Shown here: piece by piece, positions 59,037 to 64,000 of the stretch | Layout: every line of letters starts with the position of its first letter | Position numbering within the stretch: the stretch's first letter is position 1 | Origin: Gammaproteobacteria bacterium | GTDB taxonomy: Bacteria; Pseudomonadota; Gammaproteobacteria; Eutrophobiales; Eutrophobiaceae | Assembly: GCA_965243205.1 (NCBI GenBank) | Contig: CBDEUK010000001.1 | Span: 192,001 to 256,000 of the forward strand | Reading direction: 5' to 3' | Length of the DNA stretch: 64,000 nucleotides | Program-made: the position numbers and the translations under genes | Notes under the pieces: model-generated | Databases searched by the model: none | Seen by the model: the letters and a program-made list of their open reading frames with translations, nothing else | What the model was told of the DNA's origin: nothing

Positions 59037-61130
59037 TTATTCATCAACCGTGCCACCTACGCTGGCAATAAATTTAATTTGTTTGCCATCTGGTATTTCG
59101 CTATAGCTCAATACATGCATACGAGAAATATTTTGTTTCACAAAACGCGCTAACATTTCTCGAAGGGTATCGGGCACAAGTAAGATTGCAGGTTGACCGG
59201 CAACTTCCTGACGTTCAGCGGCATCTTTTAGTAAACCTAGAATTTTCTGAGCGAGCCCAGGCTCAATAGCACCACTACCGTCAGCTATAGACTGATAGGT
59301 TTTTTGCAATAACTGTTCCAGAGAGTTATCCAATGTAATGACAGGAATTTCGGCTTCCTCACCAATAATTCGTTCGATGATCAAACGACCAAGTGATACT
59401 CGTACTAATGAAGTTAAAACATCTGGATTTTGAGATTTATCTGCATGCTCTATAAGGGTCTCAAAGATAGTATTCAGATCTCTTATTGGAATATTTTCTT
59501 TTAATAAATTTTGTAAAACACGGACAATCGTTCCAAGCGTGACAACCTTAGGCACAATATCTTCTAATACTTTAGGATGATTTTTTTCATACTGTTCAAG
59601 TAATTTTTGAACTTCCTTATGCCCTAATAATTCATAAGCATGTTCTTGTAAAATTTGACTGAGGTGTGTTGCAACAACCGTACTAGAATCAACTACGGTA
59701 TATCCTAATGACTGTGCTTGATCACGTTGTTCTATATCTATCCAAACGGCTTCTAATCCAAATACAGGATCAGTTGAAACAGGACCAGGCAATTCACCAA
59801 AAACATGTCCAGGATTAATTGCTAACTCACGCCCCGGTTGTACATCAGCTTTGGCAATCGTCGTGTCTTTGATGGTAATACGATAAGAATTAGGTTCGAG
59901 ATCTAAGTTATCTCTGATATGTATCGAAGGTAATAAGAATCCAAGCTCTTGTGATAATTTTTTTCTCACGCCTTTAATACGTGATAACAATTGCCCATTT
60001 TGATTTTTATCAACCATCGGGATTAATCGGTAACCAACTTCCAAACCAATAGAATCTATGAGATCAATATCGTCCCAAGATAACTCTCGTTCTTCAGGTT
60101 GAATTTCTTCCTCAGGTTCTTCCTCAATAACCTCCACTTGTTGCTGTTGCTTCTCTAACCAAAAAGCACCAAAGGCACATGCCCCAGCAATTAATAAAAA
60201 AGCGACATTTGGCATTCCTGGAATGATACCCATAGCACCAATCATAACTGCAGTGACTAATAACGTTTTTGGATTATGAAAAAGTTGCTTAACAATTTGT
60301 TCGCCCATGTCTGACTCTGAAGAAACGCGAGTCACCATAATTGCAGCAGATGTAGATAAAAGTAATGAAGGTATTTGCGCAACTAAACCATCACCAATGG
60401 TTAATAAGGTATATATTCTTGCTGCATCAGACATGGATAAGCCATGTTGCATGGCGCCTATCGCTAAACCGCCAAGGATATTAATAATTAAAATGAATAT
60501 CCCAGCTGTCGCATCACCTTTAACAAATTTACTCGCACCATCCATAGCACCATAAAAATCGGCCTCTTGAGAAATTTCCGAACGTCGACGTTTGGCTTCT
60601 TCTTGATCAATTAAACCTGAGTTTAGATCGGCATCAATAGCCATTTGTTTTCCAGGCATCGCATCTAAAGTAAAACGTGCACTGACTTCTGAAATCCTTC
60701 CTGCACCTTTGGTTATCACTACAAAATTGATAATGACCAAGATAATAAATACAACAAAACCAACGGTATAATTACCTCCTACAACAAAATCACCAAATGC
60801 TTTAATGACTTGTCCAGCTGCATCAGTACCAGTATGACCATGCAATAGAACAATTCGTGTCGAAGCTACGTTTAAACTTAAACGTAATAACGTGGAAATT
60901 AATAAGATGGTTGGAAATGCAGCAAAATCTAATGGTCGTTTACTATAAACAACCGCTAATAACACCACCATGGACAAACAGATATTAAAAGTAAATAACA
61001 TATCTAATAAAAATGGTGCTAACGGTATCACCATCATTAATAGAATCATCATCACCAAAATAGGTGAACCGATTGTCGACATATTAAATCCTTTTAAACT
61101 ACCCAATGCTGTTGCTTCACTTGCGGCCAT
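59037..61130 (-). CDS. flhA: flagellar export protein FlhA
   Basis: RISEVSARFTLDAMPGKQMAIDADL FHIPEP motif. Confidence 0.97.
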   Translation of the reverse strand: MAASEATALGSLKGFNMSTIGSPILVMMILLMMVIPLAPFLLDMLFTFNICLSMVVLLAVVYSKRPLDFAAFPTILLISTLLRLSLNVASTRIVLLHGHTGTDAAGQVIKAFGDFVVGGNYTVGFVVFIILVIINFVVITKGAGRISEVSARFTLDAMPGKQMAIDADLNSGLIDQEEAKRRRSEISQEADFYGAMDGASKFVKGDATAGIFILIINILGGLAIGAMQHGLSMSDAARIYTLLTIGDGLVAQIPSLLLSTSAAIMVTRVSSESDMGEQIVKQLFHNPKTLLVTAVMIGAMGIIPGMPNVAFLLIAGACAFGAFWLEKQQQQVEVIEEEPEEEIQPEERELSWDDIDLIDSIGLEVGYRLIPMVDKNQNGQLLSRIKGVRKKLSQELGFLLPSIHIRDNLDLEPNSYRITIKDTTIAKADVQPGRELAINPGHVFGELPGPVSTDPVFGLEAVWIDIEQRDQAQSLGYTVVDSSTVVATHLSQILQEHAYELLGHKEVQKLLEQYEKNHPKVLEDIVPKVVTLGTIVRVLQNLLKENIPIRDLNTIFETLIEHADKSQNPDVLTSLVRVSLGRLIIERIIGEEAEIPVITLDNSLEQLLQKTYQSIADGSGAIEPGLAQKILGLLKDAAERQEVAGQPAILLVPDTLREMLARFVKQNISRMHVLSYSEIPDGKQIKFIASVGGTVDE

Positions 61131-61135
61131 TATAA

Positions 61136-62275
61136 TTATCCAAATTGATATTCTTCTGGTACCGGTAGATTATCCGGTGGTGTAGGCGTTTGAATGTTGC
61201 GATCTTTTTTGCTGGCTTTTAATTGATAAACATAAGCTAGCACTTGAGCAACCGCGACATAGAGACCTTCAGGAACTTGTTGATTAATTTTTGTGGTGTG
61301 ATAAAGCGCTCTTGCTAATAAAGGCGCTTCAAAAATAGTAATATTATGACTATCTGCTAACGAACGGATTCGTAGAGCAACAAGATCAGCGCCTTTAGCA
61401 ATCACTTTTGGCGCATTCATATTTTCTTGGTCATAAACTAATGCAATAGCAAAGTGTGTCGGGTTTGTAATAATCACATCTGCTTTTGGTACCTCTTCCA
61501 TCATCCGTTGATTTGCTAACTCTTGCTGCATAGAACGTATTTGTGATTTTACTTCAGGACGACCATCGGTCTCCTTCATTTCATCTTTCACTTCCTGTTT
61601 TGTCATTTTTAATTTCTTATTGTGTTCCCAGATCTGAAATGGAACATCTATCATTGCAACAATCATGGTTGATGCACTTAATATTAAAAATGCCCAAAGT
61701 AGTTTTTCACCTGCATTTGCAAGTGCAGGCTTAAGTTCTGAATTACCGATATATAAAATTTCATCCTCTTCGATATAAAGAACTATCATGATTAGACCGC
61801 AAGTGATTAAGAATTTAACGAACGCTTTAAATAATTCCATTAAACCATTGGGACCAAAAATTCGTTGCAATCCAGTTAATGGGTTAAGTTTTTCTAATTT
61901 AAAAGTCATTGATTCAACACTAAATACCCAACCACCAATGACTAAAGGTGCTGCAATGGCACATACCGTTAAGCCTATTAAAATAGGGGCAATACTACTT
62001 AATAAATCTCCGGATGCTTGATATAAAGCATTTATCATAAATTCGTTATTAAATAATGCTTCCCTTTCAATCACGAAACCACTACGCATTATAAGCAACA
62101 AGTCATTAATCATTTTTTGACCAAAGATCATCATGATTAATACTGATCCTAATAGGATACTCATAGTATTAAATTCTCTAGAGCGACCTACTTGACCTTT
62201 ATCACGAGCTTCTTGTTGCCGTTTTGGGGTCGCCTCTTCGGTTTTTTCCTGACTATTGTCTTTATCATCAGCCAT
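61136..62275 (-). CDS. flhB: flagellar export protein FlhB
   Basis: EKTEEATPKR, NPTH autocleavage motif. Confidence 0.97.
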   Translation of the reverse strand: MADDKDNSQEKTEEATPKRQQEARDKGQVGRSREFNTMSILLGSVLIMMIFGQKMINDLLLIMRSGFVIEREALFNNEFMINALYQASGDLLSSIAPILIGLTVCAIAAPLVIGGWVFSVESMTFKLEKLNPLTGLQRIFGPNGLMELFKAFVKFLITCGLIMIVLYIEEDEILYIGNSELKPALANAGEKLLWAFLILSASTMIVAMIDVPFQIWEHNKKLKMTKQEVKDEMKETDGRPEVKSQIRSMQQELANQRMMEEVPKADVIITNPTHFAIALVYDQENMNAPKVIAKGADLVALRIRSLADSHNITIFEAPLLARALYHTTKINQQVPEGLYVAVAQVLAYVYQLKASKKDRNIQTPTPPDNLPVPEEYQFG

Positions 62276-62287
62276 TCGTATTCACCA

Positions 62288-63058
62288 TCACTGTGCAAAC
62301 ACATTCATCATTGATATGGATTTTTCTATCAAATGAATCATCTGAGGAACAAAACTATCTAAAGTAATCATAATCACTAAAATTCCCATGATGATCATGA
62401 TAGGAAAACCAACTGCAAATATATTTAATTGAGGTGCTGAACGCGTTAAAACACCGAAACCTATATTCACAATCAACATAGAAACTATGACTGGAAGTGC
62501 TATTAGAACAGCTGTTGCTAGAACAACACTTATCCAGTTTATAAAAATCCAAATACCTTCTTGTGATATGCCTCCGTTTCCTATAGGCATTAAATAAAAA
62601 GACTCTGCTAGATGGCGAATCATGAACAAATGACCATCTATCGCTAAAAATAATAATGTTGCTAATAACAAGTAAAACTGACCAATGATTGGTACTTGGT
62701 TACCATTAGTAGGATCAACCATAGAAGCTAACATCAAACCCATTAATTGACCGATCATTTGTCCTGCGACTTCTAGGGCAACAAAAATTACTCGTACGGT
62801 TAAACCCATCGCAATACCAATCACAACTTGTTCAATAGAGATAAACAATCCTTTAATAGATAAAGGATCCACATAGTTAAAACTAGGTACGACTGGGGCG
62901 ATAACTAAGGTTATGGCTATCGCAATAATTAATCGGATACGAACTGGAACTGAACGTGTACCAATAACAGGCGCAACCATTAATAAGCCTGCAATTCGAA
63001 AAAAAGGCCACATCCATTCCTGAACTAATAAAATTAATTGTGTGGAAGTGAATACCAT
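62288..63058 (-). CDS. fliR: flagellar export protein FliR
   Basis: WPFFRIAG, DGHL, RSAPQLNIFAVGFP. Confidence 0.95.
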   Translation of the reverse strand: MVFTSTQLILLVQEWMWPFFRIAGLLMVAPVIGTRSVPVRIRLIIAIAITLVIAPVVPSFNYVDPLSIKGLFISIEQVVIGIAMGLTVRVIFVALEVAGQMIGQLMGLMLASMVDPTNGNQVPIIGQFYLLLATLLFLAIDGHLFMIRHLAESFYLMPIGNGGISQEGIWIFINWISVVLATAVLIALPVIVSMLIVNIGFGVLTRSAPQLNIFAVGFPIMIIMGILVIMITLDSFVPQMIHLIEKSISMMNVFAQ

Positions 63059-63068
63059 AATATTAAAA

Positions 63069-63338
63069 CTAACTAATCAATTCTGGTATTTGTTCAAATA
63101 ATCGAATCGTAAATTCCGTTATTAATGTCAATATCCATGGACCAGCTAAGATCAAAACAAATAATGTAATTAAAAGTTTTGGTATAAAACTAAGCGTCAT
63201 CTCATTAATTTGAGTAGCCGCTTGAAACATACTAACTAAAATACCGACAACCAGTGCAGGTATAAGAAGAACTAGTAAAATTAGAGTAAGATTCCAGAGG
63301 GCATTTTGACCAATTGTTATTATTAATTCTGGACTCAT
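63069..63338 (-). CDS. fliQ: flagellar export protein FliQ
   Basis: FQAATQINEMTLSFIPK. Confidence 0.96.
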   Translation of the reverse strand: MSPELIITIGQNALWNLTLILLVLLIPALVVGILVSMFQAATQINEMTLSFIPKLLITLFVLILAGPWILTLITEFTIRLFEQIPELIS

Positions 63339-63349
63339 AATATTATTCT

Positions 63350-64000
63350 TTACGTGAAGTAAAAACTGGTCGCTAAAGTTCCCATGATCAGAGCCCAGCC
63401 ATCAACAAGAACAAACAACATTAATTTAAAAGGAAATGAAATAATCAAAGGTGATAGCATCATCATACCCATCGACATTAAAACACTTGCAACAACTAGA
63501 TCGATAATGAGAAAAGGGATAAAAATTAAAAAACCAATTTGAAAGGCAGTTTTTAGTTCACTAGTAACAAAAGCTGGAACTAATAAAGAAAAAGGTACTT
63601 CATCTTTAGAAGCAAATGTTTGTCCTCCTGAAATTTCTGAAAACAAACCAATATCTGTTTCTCTTGTTTGTGCGAACATGAATTCACGCATAGGAATAGC
63701 TGCTTTTGATACTGCATCTTGGAAACTAATACTTTCGTCTAAATAAGGTTTTGCCGAATTTTGATAAACCTGATCAAATACTGGCGTCATGACAAAAAAC
63801 GTTAGAAATAAAGCCAACCCTACTAATACTTGGCTACTAGGAGTCTGGGCCGTACCCAGAGCTTGCCGCAATATTGCTAATACAATTATGATCCGAGTAA
63901 ATGATGTCATCATTAATAACCCAGCTGGCAATAATGTCAGCGCAGTCATTAATAATAATATTTGAATACTTAATGAATAGGTTTGTACACCTTCCGTATT
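63350..64000 (-). CDS. fliP: flagellar export protein FliP (5' part outside the window)
   Basis: [33 protein letters not shown]; frame open to the window edge. Confidence 0.96.
   Translation of the reverse strand, partial: NTEGVQTYSLSIQILLLMTALTLLPAGLLMMTSFTRIIIVLAILRQALGTAQTPSSQVLVGLALFLTFFVMTPVFDQVYQNSAKPYLDESISFQDAVSKAAIPMREFMFAQTRETDIGLFSEISGGQTFASKDEVPFSLLVPAFVTSELKTAFQIGFLIFIPFLIIDLVVASVLMSMGMMMLSPLIISFPFKLMLFVLVDGWALIMGTLATSFYFT

Overview
AT-rich gammaproteobacterial chromosomal window. Core blocks are amiB-tsaE-nnr-orn (0-4 kb), recR-ybaB-dnaX-ffs (24.7-27.5 kb), tRNA-Ser(GGA) and a polar flagellum/chemotaxis cluster (fliP through cheW, 47.4-64 kb). Accessory DNA lies between them. 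Main observations: (1) a probable attenuator upstream of an EamA/DMT exporter, made of a sigma70 promoter, a leaderless 26-aa uORF ending Cys-Leu-Cys-stop, an alternative antiterminator and a strong terminator, with a geometry suggesting induction by cysteine excess; (2) an integrase-less integron cassette array (14.8-17.6 kb) whose cassette ends are exactly complementary but whose attC sites have collapsed to 48, 32, 14 and 32 bp; (3) a sigma28-type promoter ahead of a MauG-like diheme enzyme, cupredoxin, cytochrome c and chemoreceptor operon; (4) a furan/cyclopropane fatty-acid-type cluster next to a CusR-like two-component system with matching ATTAC-N6-GTAAT boxes; (5) a 3.3-kb GGDEF-EAL/solute-binding-protein islet bounded by a degenerate copy of the tRNA-Ser 3' end. 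All calls come from reading the sequence; no searches or folding programs were run.
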